This document shows, piece after piece, positions 17,996 through 29,000 of a stretch of 54,016 nucleotides of DNA. The stretch's first letter is position 1; every line of letters begins with the position of its first letter. The notes below the pieces were generated by a model, which was given only the letters and a program-made list of their open reading frames with translations, was not told where the DNA came from and searched no databases. Source of the stretch: a virus (lineage: Duplodnaviria > Caudoviricetes); IMG/VR virus record IMGVR_UViG_3300042332_001412, positions 1 to 54,016 of that record, one strand, 5' to 3'. Both the position numbers and the translations under genes were made by a program.

Positions 17996-20900
17996 TATAC
18001 TGCAAGTGCAAGGGCTCTAAAGTTTCTAATTATTGGAATGTTTGTTTGATCTGCACTAATCATACAAACTTTAATTGCAAACTCTTTAAATTCTGGTAGA
18101 TTTTTCAATTCAAAGTCAAATGCTTTATATTCATTGGAATTTGAAGATCTTGGATATGAAACTGCAGGAATTTCAATATAATTCATTGAATCAAATATTC
18201 CTAGGTTTCCATCACTATAAGTTTTTACAAATACTTTAATATCTGAGTATTCTCCATTTAGACCCTGAGTTCTAACACCATCTAATAAAACTTTAACTGA
18301 AGTTGATGTATTTTGTAAAGTAATTTTTTTAGTTATGTAAGATGAATAAATTCCAGATGAAGGTGTCAATTCTGCAGATACATCTACTTGCCCATTTAGT
18401 GTCTTCTTGATAATTCTATTGGAAATAGCAATTGCAGAAGAACCTTGTACATCTATTGCAGGGCTTATATTATCTTTTTCAGTTGATAAAGATAAATTAA
18501 ATGTTAGAGTAGATGCAGTAGGAGATCCATAATACTCGACAGAGTTTGCTGGAGATGCAACTAACCTTGATGCAGTAAGTTCATTATACTGTCTGTTTTG
18601 AACAGATTGTTCAGAAAGAACTGTAAATGAAGATGCAGTCTGATAAGGACTATTTCCACTAATACTTTCAATTCCTACAGATACATTAGTTGATGGAATT
18701 GATAAAATATTTAAATTTGGATATAGTTCTTCATATTGTATATTTCTTGAAGCTTTAATAAAAGTTCCTCCTGAGATTAAATTAGAATTTGCATTAATTG
18801 CTGAACTAATTTTATATCTATCAAGGTCAATAACTTCAGTAATTTTATGAGTTTTATTAATTTCAGATAATGGAATTCCATTTATGGAGTAGCAATATAA
18901 AACAGATCCTGATGAATGGGTGGTAGCAGTTGTTCCAAATTGACCTCTTCCTCCTGCAGGAATAGTCAGAGTAGTTCCAGCAATTGCAGTATACTTAATA
19001 ATTTCATCATTTACTAGAATATATCCTGGATTTGAAACTGAAACAGCAGATCCACCTATAGTTGTCCATGTTGTTTCAGATGTATTTCCAACATTGATTG
19101 GGCCAGTTTGAGTAGCACTTGTAATAGCTGTATTCAAACTAGTTTGTAAAGCATCTGAAAATACTGAAGAAATTTTCACATAATTTTGGACACTATTCAT
19201 GCCATGGTTTGGATGATATACTTCAATAGATCCTGAATTTTGAGTAAAAGATAATGCATTTGCAGGAAGATTGCAGTCTGGAATTGGGCTATTTTTTAAC
19301 TTACATGTGTATGTACTGTTTGTTGCAAATTTAGCTCTATTTAAAGTAAATTTAATATCTTCAAATTGATCAGGAGTCCAAACCGACATGTTTTGAGACT
19401 TGTATAAAGATCCAGAATATGGTTGTTTATCAATAATAAATCCTCCAAGAATATCAACTTCAGAGAGTCTTGAGACCCAAATTTTATAATTTTTAGAAAC
19501 ACTTCTTACCATAAATGCATATTCAGTGTTCTGATTTAAATAAATTGGAGACGCAAATGTAAATCTTGTTGCTACAGAGCTAGTTTTTGAAATATTAACT
19601 TCAGATGATTGTTTAGTAACAATACTATTTGGAACAACTGTAGTGGTAAGAGTTCCATTTTCCATAGTTCTAATTTCAACAGATACTGGAAGAGTATCAT
19701 CTTTTGATTGGAAATACAAATCTACGGAAGTTGCAAAAATACCACCCTCTACATCAACTAGGAAAGATTGTGCTAATGGATCTCTACCTGGAGCTGGTTC
19801 TGCTGGGGGTTCTGGTGGTGGATCTGGTATGAATACAGTTCTAGTTCCTCTAATTGCAGCTGAAGTAATTTGTGGAGTAGTTAGAGATAGTACATTACTA
19901 GTAAGTGATACTCTTGTACCTAATGTATCATATATTGTTTGTGAACTAGAATCTGAAATTCCATAAATTGAAGTTCCAGTAATTTCATCACATAGTTTAA
20001 ATACAGTTTCGCCTGTTTGATATGTATTTGGAGGAATAATGACGAATGCTTTTACAGTTCCTCTTGAATCTGATCTAACACGAGCACCATTAAATGATAC
20101 TACGCCAGTTGCTCTTGAAGACAGTCCTCTAATTAAAATAGAATCTCCAAGTCTATCTGGATTAATTTCTGTTCCATCAGCAGTAGTAATGTTATCAATA
20201 TCCAAGAATGATGTAGTAGATGTATATAAACCAAGAGATGAGGTTACTACAGTAGCTCTAATTGGATTATTAATTGGTGATACTGATGGAGTTCCTTGTG
20301 GAGCAGTAAATCTAATTTCGACAGTTTCTCCGTTAATAAAAGTTCCAACTCTATTGGTCATCCCTGTGATGTTTTTAGGAAAAATTATTGAATTATTTAA
20401 TCTATCATCAACAAAGAAATGGAATAGTGTGTTAGGTTTTAATTTTGTTGAAGTTAATTCTACAACTCTAGATCTAATAAATTCTACCGCTGTAATAGAG
20501 TTAATAGAATCTCCAACTTGAATATCTTGTGTTAAAGTTGAGAATGTATTATTTACACCAGTTCTTTGTTGGAATACATTTGTACCACCTCCTGTGCTGG
20601 CAGATCCAGTAGTTGTCCAAGCCCCCCACTGTTCTCCTCTAGCACTGCTATTATCAAATAAAAATCTAATAGGGGCACTTAAATCTATACGCTGAGTTTG
20701 TGATTGAGTTTTTACTGTATCGAACCAAACATCCTTTTCTGGATTTAATACAATATCTCCATACCATTGAATAATTTCAAATGGTTGTAGGTTTTCCACT
20801 CTGCTAGCATAATTTTGAATTATGAAAGGAGTTTCAGTATATGGAATGGTAACAAGAGATCCAGTTTGTTGTGTAGTAGAATCTGAATTTGATGCATTTA

Positions 20901-23900
20901 ACTGAATATTAGTCACATATGGATATGGTCTTAATAATGCTCGTTCAGTATCAATACATGCAGTATATGCTACATTATTTAAATCTGCAAGGGAAGTACT
21001 TTTAAAGTTATCTGCAACAAATCCAGTTTTAAATCTATTATTTCCATCTTCATCTACAACAGTTAAACTGTTAGTACCTATTTCAAGAAGATTTAAAGAA
21101 GTTAATTCTTCAACAGTTTGAAGTCTCTTATCAATAGAACCAATATCTTTCATAGTATAACGCTTAGATTCAACTAATTGAAGAGTTGAATCCAATACAG
21201 ATTTCATATATGGAGGAATTGTTAAAGTTCCTAAGAGTAAAGCATTTGGAATGTCTTCTGGCTCTTTTGGACTTAATGCCTCAGAACCTTTTGATATTAC
21301 TACATTTCCGTTTTCATCTAAGAAAATTTTATCTATTCTACCAAGATAGTAATCATAATCTAAGTTTACAATTTCCCCTGGGAAAGCAAAATTAGGTATT
21401 ACTCTAGTGAGAGCTAATGAATCAAATGCAGAAATAGTTTCTTGGTATGGAGTAATTATAGTCCCACCAGATCCTGAAGATGGAATAGTATCATATCTAA
21501 AATCTACAATATCCGTATATGATGTCCCTTCAAATGTGGACGGAATTTCAGAATATGATAATTCTGCTGTATTATATGAATTAGTAGAGTAAAAATCGTT
21601 ATTGATGTTATTGTGAATAAAGTAATCAAATACAACAATAAATTTAGTTTGTGGAACCGGACTATTTTGTAATCTAGTTAACTTAGAAATATTGTAAAAC
21701 TCTTGTCCATCATTTTTATTTAAAATAAAATCACTTGTAATATCTCTGTAATTTCCGTTTGTCACCGAAGTAATAAATTTTCCAACAACTGGAGTCTTGG
21801 AAGATACATCTACAGACAAAGTTAAATTGTTACCAGATTGAAGCTTTTGATCTGAAATATAAATTATATAAAGAGTATTTCCACTAATTGAAATAATTTT
21901 TGCACTAATATTTTGATATGTGATAATATCGCCTATTGTAAGTCCTGTGGAATCATTGATTGATACTCTATCAAATAAATTTTGATTGTTATCAGATGAA
22001 GATAAAGCTTGACGAATAGCATGAATTTTATACACATCAGAGAATTTTAGAGAAATATCTTTATCTGAAATTCTAGTTCCATAAATTGTGTTTGCGGAAT
22101 TTTGTAGTTTATCTACAAGTAAGAAATTAAATTTACTTGCAGATTTTGTTTTTAATGTGGGATTATTTACCCTTACTTTATAAGTTACATATACTAAACT
22201 TCCATTTAAAGAAGAGTTTACTAAAATATTTGCAGAAGTAGATGTGAGTGTTTCAGTTTCTATAGTAAATGGAACGACTCCATTAGAATTTGTGATAATG
22301 ATATCTGCAGGAGATATAGTAAAATTAGATGTTGTGGAAATTGTAAATGTGGCACCAGATACTGTTTTTGTTTCAGTTATTGTTTTGTAATATGTGAAAT
22401 CTGTTGAGGATTTTACACTTTTATTTGTAATTTTTGAGAAGAAATTTGATCCTGTGGTTTTAATTTTTGGAACTAATTTTTTCACATTATAATATGTTCC
22501 AGAAGTTACAGAACCAATAAAAGTAATGGATGTTGATGTAATTGCTGTAGTTGTTACTGTTGTAGTACCAATTAACAGCTTCATTGGTACTTGAACTTCG
22601 GTGGAAAAATTTGTTCCCACACCAGTCAAAGTAGCTCCATTAACAATAAATGAAGATCCAGAAATTCCAACTGCTTCTAATTTAACTGCAGCACTAAAAT
22701 TAGAAGAACTTAAATCTGTTATACTTTCTATTTTATTAGCAGTTGCACTAGAGATTGTGTAACTCGTAGTGTTTCTGCTGTTAGTAAATGTAGATCCTGA
22801 TAATATAGTTCCTGTAGTTTGTCTTACAGTAAGTGTATTTCCACTGACTGATTCTACAACTGCTGTTGCTCCAGTATTAGTAAAAATAAAATCTCCTGCA
22901 GAAATTGCAAGTGAAGATTGAGATGTAACAATTGTAGTAAACATTGTTATATCTGCTAGATATAACTTTTGTCCAATTATTAATGATAATGCTACTGCCT
23001 TACCAATAGTTGTTTCAACTTGATTAATAGTCTTTTTGAGAGTTACTAAAGACCCAGGAAGAACAGTTCCATTAATTGTACTTGGCTCTAGTTCAATATA
23101 ATTACCAAATGCAGATACTAAGCCTTGATTATTAATTGATAATGATTTTCTTGGTTTTTCTACAGTAACATATTTTTTATCGGTATTATTAATCTCAAAT
23201 CCCTTCACATAAGCTTTAATTGGAGATAGCTCTGCAGTGTAATAATTTCTACCATCAATCGCTTTCCCATCAGAAACAACAGGGGTTCTATTTAATACTT
23301 TAGTTCCATCCAGTAAAGTATCATTAAATGAATATACTCCATTATTCTCTTTATCATTATAAGTTTCTTTTACATTTAATGTGTATCCGTTTACAGTATA
23401 ATTGCCAGATTCATCAAATGTTCTTCGTGCTAAATTCTTTTCTAGTTGGTTATATACAGAATTTTCAACTAAATTAATTAACTTGCCATTATCAAGCCTT
23501 AGTAGCTCAATAAATGATGGGTCTGTTGGAGAATCAATATCTTGTTTTGATAAAATAGCTTCAATTTTTAATCTATCTGCACCAGGAGCAGTGAAGTTTG
23601 GAGATCCTACTGCATTATCATATAAAGAATTATCTTCATCCGTAGTAATTAGAGATTCAACTACTGATAATCCAATTTTATATGAAGAAAAGTTATCATA
23701 CTGATCTAAAATAATATTTTGATCTGGAACCTCAACAAAAAATCCACGAATAAAAAATACTCCAGATGTAATATAAGCAGCACTTCCAACATATGAAGAT
23801 GCATTTTGAGTCGATGTTACAGCTACTGGATTATTATTCTCATCTCTTAAAGTTTCACCGTTTGAAAATTTAGTTATCTGAACTCCATTAGCTACATTAC

Positions 23901-24300
23901 CAGATGAAATATATTTTACATATAATGTAGCTACATTTTTATTAGATTCGGTTGAACTAATAGTGTTTAATATTTTTGCCTTTACTCCAGAAGACTCTCC
24001 AATTACAGTCTTACCTACTAAATTGTTTCTAATGGTTTCAAATGCAATTCCATTTACAGTAGATTGAACTAAAACTGCATTTAACTGAAGATCATATCCA
24101 ATTTGACCTGGAATAACTACCGAACCTTCTTTAAAAACATGCTTTCCAAATTTTTCAATCTGACCTTGAAGGATTGATTGTAGAGTCGTTAGTTCTCTAG
24201 CTTGTACAGGATAATTTGGTTTGAATAATACCCTGTAAAAATTTTTAGATGACTCAAAATCGTCAAAGTATGGCTGCAAATTAAGATTTGTATCTTGCAT
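17995..24300 (-). CDS. Large virion structural protein (DUF4815/VrlC-like)
   Basis: PYFDDF...FYRVLFKP.YPVQARELTTLQSILQ, APGADRLKI, LARRTFDESGNY, YYLGRIDK, RFKTGFVADNF, DPLAQSF and a C-terminal FRALAL. Confidence 0.9.
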   Translation of the reverse strand: MQDTNLNLQPYFDDFESSKNFYRVLFKPNYPVQARELTTLQSILQGQIEKFGKHVFKEGSVVIPGQIGYDLQLNAVLVQSTVNGIAFETIRNNLVGKTVIGESSGVKAKILNTISSTESNKNVATLYVKYISSGNVANGVQITKFSNGETLRDENNNPVAVTSTQNASSYVGSAAYITSGVFFIRGFFVEVPDQNIILDQYDNFSSYKIGLSVVESLITTDEDNSLYDNAVGSPNFTAPGADRLKIEAILSKQDIDSPTDPSFIELLRLDNGKLINLVENSVYNQLEKNLARRTFDESGNYTVNGYTLNVKETYNDKENNGVYSFNDTLLDGTKVLNRTPVVSDGKAIDGRNYYTAELSPIKAYVKGFEINNTDKKYVTVEKPRKSLSINNQGLVSAFGNYIELEPSTINGTVLPGSLVTLKKTINQVETTIGKAVALSLIIGQKLYLADITMFTTIVTSQSSLAISAGDFIFTNTGATAVVESVSGNTLTVRQTTGTILSGSTFTNSRNTTSYTISSATANKIESITDLSSSNFSAAVKLEAVGISGSSFIVNGATLTGVGTNFSTEVQVPMKLLIGTTTVTTTAITSTSITFIGSVTSGTYYNVKKLVPKIKTTGSNFFSKITNKSVKSSTDFTYYKTITETKTVSGATFTISTTSNFTISPADIIITNSNGVVPFTIETETLTSTSANILVNSSLNGSLVYVTYKVRVNNPTLKTKSASKFNFLLVDKLQNSANTIYGTRISDKDISLKFSDVYKIHAIRQALSSSDNNQNLFDRVSINDSTGLTIGDIITYQNISAKIISISGNTLYIIYISDQKLQSGNNLTLSVDVSSKTPVVGKFITSVTNGNYRDITSDFILNKNDGQEFYNISKLTRLQNSPVPQTKFIVVFDYFIHNNINNDFYSTNSYNTAELSYSEIPSTFEGTSYTDIVDFRYDTIPSSGSGGTIITPYQETISAFDSLALTRVIPNFAFPGEIVNLDYDYYLGRIDKIFLDENGNVVISKGSEALSPKEPEDIPNALLLGTLTIPPYMKSVLDSTLQLVESKRYTMKDIGSIDKRLQTVEELTSLNLLEIGTNSLTVVDEDGNNRFKTGFVADNFKSTSLADLNNVAYTACIDTERALLRPYPYVTNIQLNASNSDSTTQQTGSLVTIPYTETPFIIQNYASRVENLQPFEIIQWYGDIVLNPEKDVWFDTVKTQSQTQRIDLSAPIRFLFDNSSARGEQWGAWTTTGSASTGGGTNVFQQRTGVNNTFSTLTQDIQVGDSINSITAVEFIRSRVVELTSTKLKPNTLFHFFVDDRLNNSIIFPKNITGMTNRVGTFINGETVEIRFTAPQGTPSVSPINNPIRATVVTSSLGLYTSTTSFLDIDNITTADGTEINPDRLGDSILIRGLSSRATGVVSFNGARVRSDSRGTVKAFVIIPPNTYQTGETVFKLCDEITGTSIYGISDSSSQTIYDTLGTRVSLTSNVLSLTTPQITSAAIRGTRTVFIPDPPPEPPAEPAPGRDPLAQSFLVDVEGGIFATSVDLYFQSKDDTLPVSVEIRTMENGTLTTTVVPNSIVTKQSSEVNISKTSSVATRFTFASPIYLNQNTEYAFMVRSVSKNYKIWVSRLSEVDILGGFIIDKQPYSGSLYKSQNMSVWTPDQFEDIKFTLNRAKFATNSTYTCKLKNSPIPDCNLPANALSFTQNSGSIEVYHPNHGMNSVQNYVKISSVFSDALQTSLNTAITSATQTGPINVGNTSETTWTTIGGSAVSVSNPGYILVNDEIIKYTAIAGTTLTIPAGGRGQFGTTATTHSSGSVLYCYSINGIPLSEINKTHKITEVIDLDRYKISSAINANSNLISGGTFIKASRNIQYEELYPNLNILSIPSTNVSVGIESISGNSPYQTASSFTVLSEQSVQNRQYNELTASRLVASPANSVEYYGSPTASTLTFNLSLSTEKDNISPAIDVQGSSAIAISNRIIKKTLNGQVDVSAELTPSSGIYSSYITKKITLQNTSTSVKVLLDGVRTQGLNGEYSDIKVFVKTYSDGNLGIFDSMNYIEIPAVSYPRSSNSNEYKAFDFELKNLPEFKEFAIKVCMISADQTNIPIIRNFRALALAV

Positions 24301-24336
24301 TTATTTAAACCTTCAAAGTTTATAGTCGTTTCGTAT

Positions 24337-24344
24337 TATTTATT
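24337..24344 (-). promoter_or_regulatory. Late promoter-like AATAAATA
   Basis: Immediately after the gp8 stop, upstream of the 2101-aa gene. Confidence 0.55.
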
Positions 24345-25976
24345 TTAGAATTCTATCACCAATTTAATATCTTCAATTTGATCGTTAGATCTGAAAACAG
24401 GTTTTCTATTTTCTACATAAAGAATTTTTCCACTATATTTTTTAATTTCGCTTGATGAATAACCGTTTTCAAATGCGGTTCCTGATAATACTGTACCAGG
24501 AGAAGTACTGAAAGATGTAAGAGGCTGAAGTGAGACTCCACTTGTACGCCCTACAACACTATAATTTCCAGAAAATGCAATAAATTTATTTTTATTGTAG
24601 TCTCCTTCTTGTGTAGCACTAATATATTCATTCTGATAATATCTTAAAATTTTATTTACAGAATCCCAATGGATTACTCTACCTCTTGCCTCTGTAATAT
24701 TTTGCTCAATAATTTCTCCATTTTGGAAGTCCGCAGTAGAATTAGCATCAAATTTAATTGCCCTACAAACAGTTGCAGTAGGAGCAGTAAAATCTAGATT
24801 TCCAACTTGGGGATCTTCAATAAGTCCAAATCTTCTAAATTGCATATTAATTGGAATATCTCCATTTCCATCCAAGAAGTCAAGACTCTTATTAATCATT
24901 ACTCTATATCCACCAAGTTCATGAATTGCATTTGATCCATGTCCACCTGGGGGAGAAATTATTACTTCAAGGTTTGCTCCAGCACCGCCAGGAGATATCT
25001 CAGTGCCAGACCTAGTATTTGCATTTGCAGCACTAGTGTAGCATTTAGATAAATCAATTGTGCCATAAGTATATCCAGCGCCAACATAGTTATTTTCAAC
25101 TTCTACTGCAGTAATTCTTGAAGATGAATTTAAAGATGAAACAGTAATTTTAACAACACAATTTGAGGTGCCATCTCCAACTACTGGAGTATAATATATG
25201 CCATTAGTAAGACCTGTTCCTCTATTACTAATTAAAATTTGATGAATCGCTCCATCTACTGCAGCATTTTGAACCGAAGTATCTTTTCTTACTGGAATAA
25301 AATCGGATGAAACAAATTTAATATAATCTGAAATAGAAATAGTATACATGTACTTCCACTTATAGCCATCTGAAGTAGTAAATATGCTAGTACTAGTTCC
25401 AGTTGGTTCTACAGTTGAAACTATGCCATTTTGGTTTACATCAGGATCTTGGCCATTGTAAATACACTTATAGACTTGAAAATCTTTATTCATCACATAA
25501 AACTGAGAATCATATAATTTAGATTGCCCAGTAGCAGATAATTTTACAACATTGTTAGTAATTGTGCCATAATCATGTTTGTACATATCATAAACTACCC
25601 CAGGTTGCCAAACTCTTTTTCTGATTACTTCAGATACATCACTTCTAGTAACTCTTTTTACTGCAATCATATCATCATATATTTCACTTAGTTCGTCAAG
25701 TGAATCTACTGGATTTGGTGGGGAAAAATCAGATACAGTAGAAACGCCTGCATACTTTTCTCCGATTGCATTCGCAGTTGTATCATTCCAATTATATGAA
25801 CGACCAATAAATAGATAAATTTTACTTCTATATGCTTGAGATGCCGCAGCTTCAGTAGGGTTGGCACCAGAATCTTCTGATGATGGATTGGAAGAACTAT
25901 TGTAAGGTTCTTCTAAAGACTCTATGAATTGTTGAGACGCAAAAATTCTAAAATTATCTGATACTAATGAAGGCAT
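24345..25976 (-). CDS. gp8: Baseplate wedge subunit (gp8-like)
   Basis: YLFIGR, VYDMYKHD, VYKCIYNG, DGYKWKYMYTI, PPGGHG and KYSGKILYVENR...QIEDIKLVIEF. Confidence 0.94.
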   Translation of the reverse strand: MPSLVSDNFRIFASQQFIESLEEPYNSSSNPSSEDSGANPTEAAASQAYRSKIYLFIGRSYNWNDTTANAIGEKYAGVSTVSDFSPPNPVDSLDELSEIYDDMIAVKRVTRSDVSEVIRKRVWQPGVVYDMYKHDYGTITNNVVKLSATGQSKLYDSQFYVMNKDFQVYKCIYNGQDPDVNQNGIVSTVEPTGTSTSIFTTSDGYKWKYMYTISISDYIKFVSSDFIPVRKDTSVQNAAVDGAIHQILISNRGTGLTNGIYYTPVVGDGTSNCVVKITVSSLNSSSRITAVEVENNYVGAGYTYGTIDLSKCYTSAANANTRSGTEISPGGAGANLEVIISPPGGHGSNAIHELGGYRVMINKSLDFLDGNGDIPINMQFRRFGLIEDPQVGNLDFTAPTATVCRAIKFDANSTADFQNGEIIEQNITEARGRVIHWDSVNKILRYYQNEYISATQEGDYNKNKFIAFSGNYSVVGRTSGVSLQPLTSFSTSPGTVLSGTAFENGYSSSEIKKYSGKILYVENRKPVFRSNDQIEDIKLVIEF

Positions 25977-26011
25977 TATTCTTTGTCCTTATAGTTAGTC
26001 TTTGTTATGAT

Positions 26012-26019
26012 TATTTATT
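26012..26019 (-). promoter_or_regulatory. Late promoter-like AATAAATA upstream of gp8
   Basis: Overlaps the gp7 stop codon. Confidence 0.55.
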
Positions 26020-29000
26020 ATATAAATTTGTCATAATATACAATGTCATTCTGATTGTGTGCAGCTGCTGTAATAGCTCTAGTACATCCTATCAGTTGAT
26101 TTGATACTATATTTGTATACTCAATAATATCATTATCAATAATTACTCTGTAAGTATCATATCCTTCACCTGAATTTCTTACTATTATAGAAGTAACTCT
26201 TCCCATACTGTCTAATACTAATTCAAGAATACATCCAACTCCACCTCCTCCAACTACAATCACTTCAGCATCTCTATCATCATAACCTATTCCTGAAGTT
26301 AAAACTTCAACTTTTCTAATTCTACCTTTGCTAATGAAAGGTCTAAATGTGGCACCTGAACCAGTAACAGATGAAATTGCTATAGCAACATCACTTTGTT
26401 CAAAATTTTGTGCGTTTGCAACTGGAATTATTTCTGCGGATGGCAAAATATTTGAAGATAATTTAGTACCTATCCTTACATTTGAAGTGCTTAATGGCAT
26501 TTTTGTATAAGAATAGGCATATGATGTAGCAACTACAGATGGTGCTTGGTATTGATTATATCCAGGATATTGAATTATAACTGGTGCCTGAATAGCTCCA
26601 CCTAATGTATTATTTACTGAAGCTGTAGCTTTGGCACTATATCCAACACCAAGTGTCCTTAAAATTGCTGGATATCTGTAACCAGAACCTCCATTGGTTA
26701 TAGAAACAGAAGTTACCTTTCCACCAGATACAGCTGCAGATCCTACAAAACCAGATGGTTTTGGTCCAGTATACTGTGTAGTTTTCACTACAGTTGGAGA
26801 TATAACTTGAGTAATTGTTCTTTCGCTTTGCTCACCAGAAATTTGAATTTTATCGTTTACATTAATTTGATATGAAACACTATTAACCGCAACATCTGTT
26901 GTAGTTCCTCTAAAATCTAAAACAACTAACTTACCTGCAGTTACATTTGATGTAAATACAATTTTATTATTGTCAATGTAGTAATCATAAAGAGGACTTT
27001 GAATATTTCCATCCCTAATTACTAAAATTTGATTTTCATGAGGTCTTGGTCTTTCAATATCTGTATTAGGGTAATAATCTGCAGAATTTTGTTTCTTTAA
27101 ATTATAAATTCTTCCACCAAATCCAGATGTAATAGACAATAACTTCAAGAAAGTACCTACACACTTGACTGAAATTATATCAGTTGATATTGGAGCAATA
27201 CTAAATTGAATTTGACTCTTAATATCTCCTTGTAAAGTATACTCTACACCAGGATCTAGAATTTTTCCATTTTTAATAACAATTAAACTAAACTCTGAAG
27301 GAATCATATCATTCTCAACAGTTCCAGGAGGCATGAAGTTTTCTTGGTTAAAGAACAGATTAAATTTAGTATTGATTCCATTATATGGTGTATTAATTTG
27401 ATCGAGTAAATGGAATGTTCCTGCAAATTTAATTCCAAAAATATAAGTTGAAGTATTAGCTGAGGATAAAGTAATTCTAGATGATGTAGTATAATTGTAC
27501 TCATTCAGTTCGTTAAACTTCCAAGTATTATTAGAAAATACTACTAGATTTTCCTGATCATCATTGGAAAAAGATTGACTTAAATTATATACAGTATTTG
27601 AACCAGAAACAGGGGATAAAATGATTAATTCATTGCCACTCATTTTCACCATAAAAATTTGATCTAAAGACTGAGGTGGTGTGGCAAATTCTATAATTCC
27701 TCTGTTTGCAGAAATGGTATACTGAACTCCTGGATATTGAATCACTTCATTTACTGAAACTAATATATCAGCATTTTGAAGAATGTCCGATGCAATTATA
27801 TTTTGTTGATTATAAAATAGTCTAAATTTAGTTCTAAAACCATTTGGACAATCTTCAACTGGATCTATAAATGTAATAGGAGCATATTTAATTACAAAAA
27901 TTGAATTTATATCAACTAGAGATGGTAAAATTATAGTATTTCCAGCAATAAAATAATTTACTCCATTAAATTGAGGAACACCATTAAGATGTACCACTAC
28001 ATTATTATAATCACTTGGTGATACAGAAGTAGCTAAAGTTATAGTTGTTCCCGAAATATTAGTAATTGCAATTTCATTAGATCCATGTCTATATGAAATA
28101 TAAACATCCTCATTTGGAGTTATATTTGTGTCAAATGTTATGTAACCATTTCCAGTAGTGAAATCTTGTCCTGGATTTTGTGCAACTCCATTTCTAAGTA
28201 CAAAAACATCTGATGTTGCTGGGGGGTTGAAACTCTTATAGTTTACTTGTAATTTATATGTTGATTTTAGATAATTATCGTCAAGATAATCTATAATTTC
28301 AGTATCAAATGAGGAAGATCCAATTTGATAAGCATATAATACAGATCCCACAGGAAGATTTGAATCTATTAAAGTTATAGTAGATCCAGATACAGTATAT
28401 GCAGATGTTGGAATTTGCTGAACTCCATTAATACTAATTACTAAATCAGAACTTCTTAATGGTAAATTGGCAGTTATGGTAGAACTATTTACTTGTAGGT
28501 TATATGTAAAAACTCCTGATGAAATTGTGATTGGATCAAAAGATCTCTTTTGAGTTTGGAAACCTAATATTTGTACTTTATCGAGACTCAAACTTACGAA
28601 CCCACTAAAAATAAGAGTATTTGTGTTAGTATCGAATGTCCAAGCATTTCCAACTTGCAAAATACCATTTACATAAATTAAAAATGTTGTAGTATCTATT
28701 GATGGAGATTGTGAAGTGTATTGTAAAGTATTTGTATTAATCTGAGTAAATCTATTGGTTATATCTACAAGATCTTGAGATTTATAATTTATAATTGAAA
28801 TTTGATCTGTTGTAGTTGGTGCGGTGACAAAATCAATGTATCTGGCATCAGAAGGTCCACCAATCGTGTAATCAATATTTGGATACTGATACGCACCATT
28901 TCTAACTACTTGGAGATGACTAGAGCTGAAAACAGTAGTACTGACATAATTTGATGTCAATCCAAATCTTGTTTGAGAATTGTTGAATAATCTTAAATTA